64,000 bases of DNA from an uncultured Gammaproteobacteria bacterium (GCA_963803185.1 CAWDMF010000023.1:14034-78033); one strand, 5' to 3'. Positions 9,079 to 17,936 are shown, counted from the first letter of the stretch. Translations and numbers: made by a program. Notes: generated by a model from the letters alone, not told the origin.

Positions 9079-9792
9079 TCATTTGTTGTGTTCAGCCGTG
9101 TCTGAATTATCTGTTTTTGAATCGCAAAGGGTGAAACGGTAACCACGATTGCGTAGAGTTTCGATTGGTTTGAGCGAACCATCAGGGTCGAGTTTTTTGC
9201 GTAAACGTCCGATTAAAACTTCAATAACATTACTGTCACGGTCATCGTCATGCGGATAAAGGTAATCTGCCAGCCGGGATTTAGAGACTGCTTCACTTGA
9301 ATGTCGCATCAGGTATTCAATCAAGCGATACTCAAATGCGGTGACATCAAGCACTTTATTTTTTAGCAGCACCTGCTGTGAACCCAGGTTTAGTGTAATA
9401 CAACCGCATTTATGTTCGGTGGTAGGTGACCCGGTGGCACGGCGAAGCAGGGCCTTAATACGCGCCAGTAGTTCTTCCATCTGGAACGGTTTTACCAGGT
9501 AATCATCAGCGCCTGCTTCCAGACCCTCGACTTTTTCCTGCCAGCGACTGCGTGCAGTTAGAATTAGCACGGGCAGGGCACTACCCTGTTCCCGTAATTT
9601 TTTAATGATCTCAATACCACTCATACCAGGCAGACCGATGTCTATAATGGCCGCATCAAGAGGATATTCAGTGGCAAAAAAGAAACCCTCATTACCTTCA
9701 GCACTGGTATCGACAATGTGGTTTTCAGATTCAAGACCGGCCCTGATTTCCGCCTGTAAGTTCAACTCATCTTCAATAACTAAAATACGCAT
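9079..9792 (-). CDS. OmpR/PhoB-family response regulator
   Basis: REC domain (MRILVIEDE...IIDIGLPGMSG...LTAR...KPF) plus a winged-helix output domain (...IETLRNRGYRF). Confidence 0.9.
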   Translation of the reverse strand: MRILVIEDELNLQAEIRAGLESENHIVDTSAEGNEGFFFATEYPLDAAIIDIGLPGMSGIEIIKKLREQGSALPVLILTARSRWQEKVEGLEAGADDYLVKPFQMEELLARIKALLRRATGSPTTEHKCGCITLNLGSQQVLLKNKVLDVTAFEYRLIEYLMRHSSEAVSKSRLADYLYPHDDDRDSNVIEVLIGRLRKKLDPDGSLKPIETLRNRGYRFTLCDSKTDNSDTAEHNK

Positions 9793-9794
9793 AA

Positions 9795-10076
9795 CTATCG
9801 TTTAGGCTTAGCATCTGTCTGTGAACCAGATTCAGTACCGGGGTTGATTTTTCCACTTTTGGCATCAATCCGGATGACCTGAACCTTGCCGCTGTCGCTC
9901 AGCATTTTTACCTGGTAGGCATTGCCTTTGAGCTTAACAGCAAGTACGCGCCCAGCATGACTCTGCGTAGCAATGTTCATCGCTTGCTGTTTACTGATGC
10001 CTTCAGGTGCCGCCTGCAGCGGCATATAGAACAGCAGCATTGAAATAAAAATCAGGAGAAAAAATATCGTTTTCAT
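9795..10076 (-). CDS. PepSY-domain periplasmic protein
   Basis: A signal peptide is followed by ISKQQAMNIATQSHAGRVLAVKLKGNAYQVKMLSDSGKVQVIRIDAKSGK, a PepSY-like fold. The stop abuts the regulator start. Confidence 0.7.
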   Translation of the reverse strand: MKTIFFLLIFISMLLFYMPLQAAPEGISKQQAMNIATQSHAGRVLAVKLKGNAYQVKMLSDSGKVQVIRIDAKSGKINPGTESGSQTDAKPKR

Positions 10077-10155
10077 GAGATAGACCACAATTATTTGATA
10101 ATTGAAGCTTACACCGAAGTCATGAGCTTAACCAATCGTCTTTAATCAGAGCTTC

Positions 10156-10225
10156 GGGGCAGGAGTCAAAAAAATATAGAATGTTGTTTATTTGCGACTA
10201 GATATTTTTTGTGACTCCTGCCCCT
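10156..10225. repeat. Intergenic inverted repeat
   Basis: ggggcaggagtcaaaaaaatat pairs with atattttttgtgactcctgcccc across a ~25-30 nt spacer. Confidence 0.7.
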
Positions 10226-10251
10226 GGCCCGATCTGGCAACCACGATTTAA

Positions 10252-10687
10252 CTAATCCCGGAAAATTATATCAACGTTGTTAGTGTGTAGGCCAATCATA
10301 AATCTCAGAGGATCCAGGCCATAATAATAATCATCATAATGGTGGTCATTCACAATGTAGGTTGTATGATGCTGGTCTCTGTGATGGTCATGTCGATAAT
10401 TATGATGACCACGTTTATAACCATTGTAATGGCCAGGACCTTTACTATAGTGTCGTTTTGAGCTGATCCTATGATTACCTTTATGACTTTTAGCATGAGA
10501 TTTATCATGTTTTTTATAATTGTATTTGTGCCCCTTACTATGTGACTGGCGATCATTTTGAGAATATTTCCCTTTAGAATGACTGTTATCACCATGGCCG
10601 GCCATCACCATCGTTGGCGATATAACCAGGCCTGTTGTAAGCAAGGCTAACAATGGTAAATTTCTAAGTGTTTTTATTGTTGATCAT
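10252..10687 (-). CDS. Secreted histidine/lysine/tyrosine-rich protein (possible metal binder); the start region needs a 1-nt frame correction
   Basis: A signal-like N-terminus (LLALLTTGLVISPTMVMA) is followed by GHGDNSHSKGKYSQNDRQSHSKGHKYNYKKHDKSHAKSHKGNHR...HHNYRHDHHRDQHH. A well-placed ATG (10685..10687) with GGAGAA upstream is out of frame by one nt across the homopolymer at 10671..10675. The in-frame alternative start is TTG at 10653. Confidence 0.5.
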
Positions 10688-10898
10688 CTTTGTTCTCCAG
10701 GTAGTGTTAACAAAAACGGGTTAAACCCGATGTCTGTAATTTATCGCTAAATGGATGAACGAAAGCTGAACAGAAAGCATAGCAGTCAGATGTGTGCTAC
10801 TTTAAATATACGACTGAATAATACAAAGTGATATTTTTCAAATATTTAGCCCTGTTTAAGACTAAACTCGTTGTATATCTACAAAAAGAGAGATCATA

Positions 10899-12266
10899 AT
10901 GGACGCTAGGGATGTTAAAAACACAGAGCAGGCTCGTCAAATTGTAGAGAGCAGTGGCCATAGCCATGTCAAAGTCGGTGTGTTTGATATCGATGGAGTT
11001 TTACGTGGAAAATATATGTCTAAGGATAAATTCTTATCTGCATTAGACGAGGGAATTGGTTTTTGTGATGTGGTTTTAGGTTGGGATGTGAAAGACCAGC
11101 TATATGATAATGCCCGTTATACCGGCTGGCATACCGGTTACCCCGACGCACTGGTTCGTATTCTACTATCAAGTTGTCGACAACTGCCCGATGAAAATAA
11201 TATGCTTTTTTTTCTTGGTGAGTTTGCAGCAGAAGCCGAGTCAGTTTGTCCCCGTGCGACTTTACGCCGAGTGATTGATAAAGCAAAAACAATGGGACTG
11301 GAGGTTCTCTCAGGTTTTGAATATGAGTTTTTTGTTTTTAATGAAACCCCATTGAGTGTTCGAGAGAAAAACTACCAGAACATGGAACCACTTTCAGCAG
11401 GGGAGTTTGGTTATTCGGTAATACGCACTAGTGTCGAATCTGAAACGTATCATAATATTTTAAAACTTGCGGAAGATATGGATTTCAGTATCGAGGGTTT
11501 ACATGAAGAAACGGGACCGGGGGTATTAGAAGCAGCAATTGCTTATAGCGAGGCTCTGGAATCTGCAGATAAAGCCGCATTGTTTAAAACCTTCGTAAAA
11601 ATTTTACTGCAAAAACAAAACAAAATGGCAACATTTATGGCCAGGTGGTCTGCTGACTGCCCAGGTCAAAGCGGTCATATTCACTTGTCGTTAAAGGATA
11701 AAAGTGGTCAACCCGTATTTTATGATGCGAGTAAAGCAGATAATATCAGTGATACCATGCGGCATTTTATTGCTGGTCAGCAAAAACTTATGCCGGAATT
11801 TCTTGCCATGATTGCGCCCACAATAAATTCTTACCGGCGTTTAATTCCAGGCCTTTGGGCGCCGACTGATGCCAGTGTGGGCATAGATAATAGAACCTGT
11901 GCGATTCGGATTATTCCAGGCAGTGAAAAATCACAACGACTTGAATTCAGGATCGGCGCTGCCGATGCCAATCCTTATGTGATTTTATCTGCGGTAATTG
12001 CGTCAGGCTTATGGGGTATTGAAAACAAGGCAGAGATTGAAGCTATGGTGGAGGGAAATGCATATGAGCAGGCATTTCCTGAACATTTAAAACTACCTGA
12101 AACCTTATGGGATGCGGCGCAACGTTTCAAACAATCCACAGTAGCCAGGGAATATTTTGGTAAAGCTTTTGTCGAACATTTTGCGGCGAGTCGTGAATGG
12201 GAAGAGCGTGAATTCCGTAAACATATTTCTCAATGGGAACTGGAACGCTATTTTGAAATTATTTAG
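10899..12266 (+). CDS. Glutamine synthetase-family gamma-glutamyl-amine ligase (PuuA/GlnA-like)
   Basis: GS catalytic-domain motifs are present: FMARW...GQSGHIHLSL, NSYRRLIPG and RIGAADANPY. A GAGAGA-type SD lies upstream. Confidence 0.8.
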   Translation: MDARDVKNTEQARQIVESSGHSHVKVGVFDIDGVLRGKYMSKDKFLSALDEGIGFCDVVLGWDVKDQLYDNARYTGWHTGYPDALVRILLSSCRQLPDENNMLFFLGEFAAEAESVCPRATLRRVIDKAKTMGLEVLSGFEYEFFVFNETPLSVREKNYQNMEPLSAGEFGYSVIRTSVESETYHNILKLAEDMDFSIEGLHEETGPGVLEAAIAYSEALESADKAALFKTFVKILLQKQNKMATFMARWSADCPGQSGHIHLSLKDKSGQPVFYDASKADNISDTMRHFIAGQQKLMPEFLAMIAPTINSYRRLIPGLWAPTDASVGIDNRTCAIRIIPGSEKSQRLEFRIGAADANPYVILSAVIASGLWGIENKAEIEAMVEGNAYEQAFPEHLKLPETLWDAAQRFKQSTVAREYFGKAFVEHFAASREWEEREFRKHISQWELERYFEII

Positions 12267-12291
12267 ACACCCTTTATTGATCTAAGCAAAA

Positions 12292-13698
12292 ATGAAAAAA
12301 AAAGTAATAAAAATAGTCTCTCCAGTTGATGGTGCTGTGATTGCAGAAAGAAACCTTGCGACGGAAGATGAAGTTAATTCTACGCTGCTATTGGCTGTAG
12401 AAGCGCAAGTCCAGTGGCAGGCAGCAGCAATATCCGAACGTGCAAAACTTTGTCATAAGGCAATTGATTGTATAGTGGCGAAGTCTGATGAGATTGCCAT
12501 GGAAATTACGCTGCAAATGGGTCGACCTATAAAGTACGCTGCAGGTGAGGTGTCTGGCCTGGAAGAACGTGCGCGTTACATGATTGACATAGCCGAGCAG
12601 GAGCTTGCTGATGTGCCAGTTGAAAATAAAGCTGGTTTTACGCGTTTTATCCGCAGGGTACCGCTAGGTGTGGTACTAACGTTGGCACCCTGGAATTATC
12701 CTTACCTTACTGCTGTGAATTCAATTATACCTGCTCTGATGGCAGGCAATAGCGTTCTACTTAAACATTCAGCACAAACCTTGTTGTGTGCTGAACGTTT
12801 TTATCAGGCATTTGAAGAAGCGGGTTTGCCTGATGGTGTGTTTCAATATTTACACCTTAATCATGCTGAAACTGCCAATCTTGTTGAACATAAAAGTATC
12901 AACTATGTCTCATTTACGGGATCTGTTGAGGGTGGTAAAGCCGTTGAACAGGCTGCGACAGGTTTATTTAAATCCGTTGCTTTAGAACTTGGCGGTAAAG
13001 ACCCCGCTTATGTGATGGCTGATGCAGATATTAATTACAGCGTTGAAAACCTGGTTGACGGTGCCTATTTTAATTCAGGTCAATCATGCTGTGGTATAGA
13101 ACGTATATATGTTCATGAACAACATTATGAACAATTTGTCGAAAAATATGTCACTCTTGTGAAGCAATATCGTTTAGGAAATCCACTGGATCAGGCAACC
13201 ACATTAGGGCCAATGGTGAATAGTAAAGCGGCAGATTTTGTCTGTGAACAAATCAATCAGGCGGTATCGATGGGTGCAAAAAAATGCCTTGATGAAACGA
13301 GTTTCACTGCAGCTGGCTTTTCGAATAAACCGGGAACTGCTTATCTAGCACCACAGGTGTTGATTGATGTAGATCATTCTATGTCGGTAATGAAAGATGA
13401 AACTTTTGGGCCTGTGGTTGGTATTATGAAAGTTAGCTGTGATAGTCAGGCCATAGAATTAATGAATGATAGTATTTATGGATTAACGGCATCATTATGG
13501 ACAAATAATGTCGATAACGCTATTGAGATAGGCGATTTGTTACAAACTGGAACAGTTTATATGAATCGATGTGATTATCTAGATCCGGCTTTGCCATGGG
13601 TAGGCATTAAACAGTCTGGTAGAGGCATCTCATTATCGAGATTAGCCTACCAACAATTAACACGGCCAAAGTCATTTCATTTAAAAACCGACTTGTAA
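12292..13698 (+). CDS. NAD(P)-dependent aldehyde dehydrogenase
   Basis: ALDH motifs are present: ELGGKDP, catalytic Cys in GQSCCGIERIYV, and ETFGPV. Confidence 0.85.
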   Translation: MKKKVIKIVSPVDGAVIAERNLATEDEVNSTLLLAVEAQVQWQAAAISERAKLCHKAIDCIVAKSDEIAMEITLQMGRPIKYAAGEVSGLEERARYMIDIAEQELADVPVENKAGFTRFIRRVPLGVVLTLAPWNYPYLTAVNSIIPALMAGNSVLLKHSAQTLLCAERFYQAFEEAGLPDGVFQYLHLNHAETANLVEHKSINYVSFTGSVEGGKAVEQAATGLFKSVALELGGKDPAYVMADADINYSVENLVDGAYFNSGQSCCGIERIYVHEQHYEQFVEKYVTLVKQYRLGNPLDQATTLGPMVNSKAADFVCEQINQAVSMGAKKCLDETSFTAAGFSNKPGTAYLAPQVLIDVDHSMSVMKDETFGPVVGIMKVSCDSQAIELMNDSIYGLTASLWTNNVDNAIEIGDLLQTGTVYMNRCDYLDPALPWVGIKQSGRGISLSRLAYQQLTRPKSFHLKTDL

Positions 13699-13705
13699 TG
13701 CCAAA

Positions 13706-14917
13706 ATGAGTAATGAGATGGAAAACAGGATTGATATCACAACTCTGGATGTGCTACAGGCAAACTGGAATTTTCCAACCTCAATTCACTTTGGTGCGGG
13801 AAAAATTTCACAGCTAGCCGATATTTGTAAAACCTTAAAAATAAATAATCCATTACTGGTTACGGATGTCGGGCTTGGGAAGCAGCTTTTTGTCAAAAAT
13901 ATTGTTCAGGCTAATGAAGCGGCTGGGATTAAAACAGCCGTATTCAGCTCTGTCAAACCTAATCCTACCGGCAGCAATATTGATCAGGGTGTCACAGCTT
14001 ATAAGAATGGACAACATGATGCTGTGATTGCAATAGGTGGTGGCAGTGGCCTGGATGCGGGTAAGGCAATAGCCTTAATGGTTGGTCAAAAATATTCCTT
14101 GTGGGATTTTGAAGATATGGGTGATAACTGGACACGTATTAACCCGGATGGCATTGCGCCGGTAATTGCGATACCCACCACGGCAGGCACGGGTTCAGAA
14201 GTAGGGCGTGCATCAGTCATTGTTGATGAAAACACTTCAAGCAAAAAAATAATATTTCACCCGAAGATGATGCCCGCTGCAGTGATTGCCGATCCGGTGT
14301 TAACACAGGGCTTGCCTGCACACATAACAGCAGCGACAGGCATCGATGCGTTTGTACATAATTTAGAAGCCTTTTGTACACCTGCTTATCATCCTATGGC
14401 CGACGGTATCGCCTTAGAAGGTATGCGCCTTATCAAACAATGGTTGCCTGTAGCATTTGAAAACGGTGACAACCTGGTTGCACGAAGCCATATGTTAGTT
14501 GCCTCATCAATGGGCGCGACAGCATTTCAAAAAGGTTTGGGTGGTATCCATGCATTGGCACATCCCTTAGGTGCGGTATTTGATAAACACCACGGTTTAT
14601 TAAATGCTATTTTATTGCCCTATGTTTTACTTAGAAATAAACCGGCGATTGAAGAAAAAATAATACATCTTGCCCGTTACCTGGATTTAGATGATGTATC
14701 ATTTAGTGGTTTCATGCACTGGATAATAAAATTTAGGCAGGATTTGAACATTCCAGATGATCTTGCTGCGATTGATATTACATCAGCGAAAAAAACCTTA
14801 ATTGGCAGCATGGCCGTGCATGACTCCTGTGCAGCCGGTAACCCAATAAAATTCAGTGAAGTTCAATATTCAGAAATATTTCAATCTGCGGTAGATGGTG
14901 ATTTAAAGTGCGCATAG
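13706..14917 (+). CDS. Iron-containing (group III) alcohol dehydrogenase
   Basis: GGGSGLDAGKA, a metal-ligand His cluster (...FVHNLEA..., HALAHPLG), and full-length Fe-ADH architecture. Confidence 0.85.
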   Translation: MSNEMENRIDITTLDVLQANWNFPTSIHFGAGKISQLADICKTLKINNPLLVTDVGLGKQLFVKNIVQANEAAGIKTAVFSSVKPNPTGSNIDQGVTAYKNGQHDAVIAIGGGSGLDAGKAIALMVGQKYSLWDFEDMGDNWTRINPDGIAPVIAIPTTAGTGSEVGRASVIVDENTSSKKIIFHPKMMPAAVIADPVLTQGLPAHITAATGIDAFVHNLEAFCTPAYHPMADGIALEGMRLIKQWLPVAFENGDNLVARSHMLVASSMGATAFQKGLGGIHALAHPLGAVFDKHHGLLNAILLPYVLLRNKPAIEEKIIHLARYLDLDDVSFSGFMHWIIKFRQDLNIPDDLAAIDITSAKKTLIGSMAVHDSCAAGNPIKFSEVQYSEIFQSAVDGDLKCA

Positions 14918-15609
14918 GTATTCTTGAGACAGATACCCTGGAGCCCAAAATTCAGGAAAAATATGGCAGTTACGCTGAAATGTTTCAGTGTTTATTTTTA
15001 TCGGTTAACGATCAGCTGGAATTCAAGGTTTTTCCGGTTATTACGGGTAGCTATCCTGTTAATATGGATGACTGTGACGCCTTTTTAATTACTGGAAGTA
15101 AATCTAGTGCTTATGCTAGTGAACCATGGATCAAACAACTTTGTGACTTTATTGTTGCTCTGCATAAACACCGCAGGAAATTAATCGGCATTTGTTTTGG
15201 CCATCAGGTTATTGCCCATGCACTGGGTGGCTTGACTCAAAAAAGTAATAAAGGCTGGGCGGTAGGTAATAGCATTAGCAATATTGTGAAAACAAAACCC
15301 TGGATGGCTAATAAAAAAAAGCAGTTTGCTCTGTTAGTTAGTCACCAGGATCAGGTGACTCGTTTGCCTGTTCAGGCAGAACTTGTTGCAACTAATGCTT
15401 TTTGTCCAAATGCCTGTTTTCAAATTGAAAATCATATTCTCACCTTTCAGGGACATCCCGAATTTTCAGTAGACTATCTTAATTACCTGTTAAATAAACG
15501 CCGAGATATAATAGGTGAAGAAAAATATAAAAAAGCGATAGATTCATTACAATACCATCAGGATAATCAACTAGTCGTACGCTGGATTATTAATTTTATC
15601 CATCAATAA
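14908..15609 (+). CDS. Class I glutamine amidotransferase-like hydrolase (PuuD-like role plausible)
   Basis: GATase1 nucleophile elbow LIGICFGHQVIAHALGG and His-Glu region FQGHPEF. The GTG start overlaps the ADH stop. Confidence 0.75.
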   Translation: MRIGILETDTLEPKIQEKYGSYAEMFQCLFLSVNDQLEFKVFPVITGSYPVNMDDCDAFLITGSKSSAYASEPWIKQLCDFIVALHKHRRKLIGICFGHQVIAHALGGLTQKSNKGWAVGNSISNIVKTKPWMANKKKQFALLVSHQDQVTRLPVQAELVATNAFCPNACFQIENHILTFQGHPEFSVDYLNYLLNKRRDIIGEEKYKKAIDSLQYHQDNQLVVRWIINFIHQ

Positions 15610-15617
15610 CTCAATGA

Positions 15618-15647
15618 CTATGGACTGAAAGTCCATAGGTTGTTTTT
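15618..15647 (+). terminator. Rho-independent terminator after the amidotransferase gene
   Basis: ctatggact-gaa-agtccatag forms a 9-bp stem and is followed by gttgttttt. Confidence 0.6.
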
Positions 15648-15774
15648 AGAGCGATTGAAAATCACTTCTTGTGCCTGTCATCTCGACGGAGGGATAGCTA
15701 CAAGGCATGGATGTAGGTAAGGGGCGATAGCAGGATGCGGTAGCTTTTACTAGCGTACTGGGGCAATAAATTTT

Positions 15775-16248
15775 TTATAGTAGTAAATTTTTCTCTATTC
15801 GATGATAGATACTGGCTGCATCTATAAGTGAGCTGGCTGTAAGGGCCGGCACACCATATACTTCGGTTTCCACGGCATAGTCCGTACTGATTTTTTTCAA
15901 TAGCAGATCAAAGTCACCATCACCTGAAAGTAAAATTACGGTATCAATGTCTTTTGCGACTTGCATAACATCAATGGTGATGCCTACGTCCCAGTCGCCT
16001 TTGGCGGAACCATCGCTGCGCTGAATGTAAGGTTTTAGTTTTACATTAAAACCAATGTGTTTCAGGGCATCCTGAAATTTTTTCTGTTTGTCATCATCAC
16101 GATGAATGGCATAGGCATTGGCGACAACAATATCACCCTGTTTACTCACACGTTGCCAAAATTTGCGGTAATTAAACTGACAACCGTAGCTATCACGTGT
16201 TGTGTAATAAATATTTTGTACATCGACAAAAATTGCTATTTTTTTCAT
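15775..16248 (-). CDS. NYN/LabA-like (PIN-fold) nuclease-domain protein
   Basis: KIAIFVDVQNIYY...VILLSGDGDF are typical LabA/NYN signatures. Confidence 0.75.
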   Translation of the reverse strand: MKKIAIFVDVQNIYYTTRDSYGCQFNYRKFWQRVSKQGDIVVANAYAIHRDDDKQKKFQDALKHIGFNVKLKPYIQRSDGSAKGDWDVGITIDVMQVAKDIDTVILLSGDGDFDLLLKKISTDYAVETEVYGVPALTASSLIDAASIYHRIEKNLLL

Positions 16249-16303
16249 AATAAAGAAGGAGCATGATTAGCTACAGGGGATCGTGTTTTTGCAATACCAG
16301 GTA

Positions 16304-17065
16304 TTATCCAGCTGCAACTTTAATCTTATTTATCATTTCCTGCATCTTTAAATAATGGCTGCCTTGCCAGTATATTTTATCGCAGCTTTCGCATTGATAG
16401 AATTTATCGAAATATTTTTTAGTTTTAGGTAATAGACGGGATTCTATTTGCTGTTTATTCACTGGCCGTGTTTTACCGTTACAAAACATACAACGGGTGA
16501 ATGGTTTCTGCTTATCATATAAATCAAAGCGTTGCAGAATTTCCAGTATCTGCTGTTGTGGCTGTCGTGCACGTACAAAATAACCATAGCTAACCTGTTT
16601 ACGCATTAGCAGTCTTCGATCACATGTAAGCAGTATACGATTTTCACCGGCTGAAATATTTGCCAGCTCAGCATCATCGTAGTCATTACGATAAAGCGTA
16701 TCAAAACCCAGCATACGTAAATAGGCAGCAAGCCGACCCAGGTGAACATCAAGAATAAAAACAGGCTGGTCTAAGGGTTTAGGCTGGCAGTGCCTGAGTG
16801 ATGACCTAAGTGGTGAAATATCCAGCGACTCAACTGTCGGATAAACACTGATGTGGTCACCAGCCTGTACCTGGTAATTAAAATCAACTGATTTGCCATT
16901 AACTAAAATCAGGTCAACTTCTGTATGAGGTACGCCGATCGATTCGATAAGATCTTTGACTGATCTTGCCTTTTTAAGTTCTACAGTGAAACCGGTCTTG
17001 CGTTGAACAGGTTTCAAAAACACATTTAGTTCCTGGTGAAAGTGAATGTTTATTTGAGCCGACAT
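16304..17065 (-). CDS. Mut7-C RNase-domain (DUF82) protein with N-terminal ubiquitin-like domain and C-terminal zinc ribbon
   Basis: A beta-grasp-like N-terminus, a PIN-like FILDVHLGRLAAYLRMLGFDT segment, and CMFCNG...CESCDKIYW. Confidence 0.7.
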   Translation of the reverse strand: MSAQINIHFHQELNVFLKPVQRKTGFTVELKKARSVKDLIESIGVPHTEVDLILVNGKSVDFNYQVQAGDHISVYPTVESLDISPLRSSLRHCQPKPLDQPVFILDVHLGRLAAYLRMLGFDTLYRNDYDDAELANISAGENRILLTCDRRLLMRKQVSYGYFVRARQPQQQILEILQRFDLYDKQKPFTRCMFCNGKTRPVNKQQIESRLLPKTKKYFDKFYQCESCDKIYWQGSHYLKMQEMINKIKVAAG

Positions 17066-17114
17066 TTGAGTATGATAATGGATAATTGTTATTTATATTT
17101 GTTAGTTTGTTGCT

Positions 17115-17174
17115 AGGGTACCTCTGATCAAGTCTATGTTGTTTCTGGCTTACAGGCTTGATCAGAGGTGCCCT
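17115..17174. repeat. Intergenic inverted repeat
   Basis: agggtacctctgatcaag pairs with cttgatcagaggtgccct across a ~24-nt spacer. Confidence 0.7.
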
Positions 17175-17333
17175 GGATAAAATTGCTTTAAATTAATGAT
17201 AATAATCAATTAGTTTTTTCCCCTGTATTGTTACACTGAGAGCAAGTAAAAAGAAGGGTGATTGTTTGTAATAGCGGTTGCTGTTACTCTTTGCCGTTTA
17301 TTATTAAATATATTATATGAGGAGTTCCAAGCG

Positions 17334-17848
17334 ATGAGTTTAAAAATCAGAAATGCCATTGGTTGTATGTTAATAACGGTTGCTGTATCGGCTTCATCCA
17401 CCGCATTCGCAAAAGGCGGCGGTGGCGGCGGTCAGGGCGGTAGCTATAATAGAGGCGGTGGTCAGGGTGGTCAGGGTTATAGTCGTGGACAGAATGATAA
17501 TTACGGTCAAAGCAGTCAAGCTGGCCGTGGCGGACAGGCTTATCGCCAGGGTGGTCAGAGTAGAGGACAAGGAGGACAGGATTACGGCTCAGGGTGGCCA
17601 GAGTAGAGGACAAGGCGGTCAGGGTTACGGCTCAGGGTGGCCAGAGTAGAGGGCAAGGCGGCCAGGGTTATGCTCAGGGCAGAGGACAAGGTCAGGGTGG
17701 TGGTGCCAATCAAGGCAACCCTAACCAGTATCGCTACCAGAATCAGTATCGTTATGGCAATGGTGGTGGCCAGGGACGAGGCGATCAGTCTCGGTATATG
17801 CAGCAATATCCTCAACTGGCTCCTGCGCCAGCCCCATTACCACAATAG
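17334..17848 (+). pseudogene. Gene for a secreted Gly/Gln-rich low-complexity protein, split over three frames by two 43-nt tandem repeat units
   Basis: GAGGAG SD plus ATG at 17334 and signal MSLKIRNAIGCMLITVAVSASSTAFA, followed by GGGGGGQGGSYNRGGGQGGQGY.... TAG stops at 17604..17606 and 17647..17649 are exactly 43 nt apart. The reading continues in frames +1 and then +2 to 17848. Confidence 0.55.
17547..17674 (+). repeat. Tandem repeat of three units (43, 43 and 42 nt) inside the Gly/Gln-rich gene
   Basis: The units run 17547..17589, 17590..17632 and 17633..17674. All start cagggtgg(t/c)cagagtagagg and differ at a few positions. Confidence 0.85.
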
Positions 17849-17893
17849 TTCCTCAGGGTATGGCCCGTCTTTAAATCAAAAGACAGAAACTAA

Positions 17894-17922
17894 AACGGCA
17901 ACCTTAAGGTTGCCGTTTTTTT
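17894..17922. terminator. Bidirectional rho-independent terminator between convergent genes
   Basis: aacggcaacc-ttaa-ggttgccgtt forms a 10-bp stem. It is followed by ttttt on the + strand and preceded by an A-run that serves the - strand. Confidence 0.8.
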
Positions 17923-17936
17923 GGGATTGAAGCAGT

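Noticed and set aside
9066-9182. Longer N-terminus for the histidine kinase (listed start at 9182).
   Set aside because: It would overlap the response regulator gene by ~100 nt and encodes a non-membrane, non-conserved leader. The ATG at 9065 gives a normal TM1 start 13 nt after the regulator stop.
17590-17650. Programmed +1 ribosomal frameshifting as the explanation for the Gly/Gln-rich gene structure.
   Set aside because: The shift sites (ggc tca ggg tgg) lack a slippery codon that can re-pair in the +1 frame, and there is no known stimulator. Two consecutive programmed shifts would be needed. Duplication of a mutated unit or homopolymer error is simpler.
17347-17930. Additional ORFs over the same repeat region on both strands (17347..17613, 17582..17815 and 17637..17930).
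   Set aside because: These are low-complexity alternate-frame readings of the GGTCAGGG-type repeat, and none has an independent start signal.
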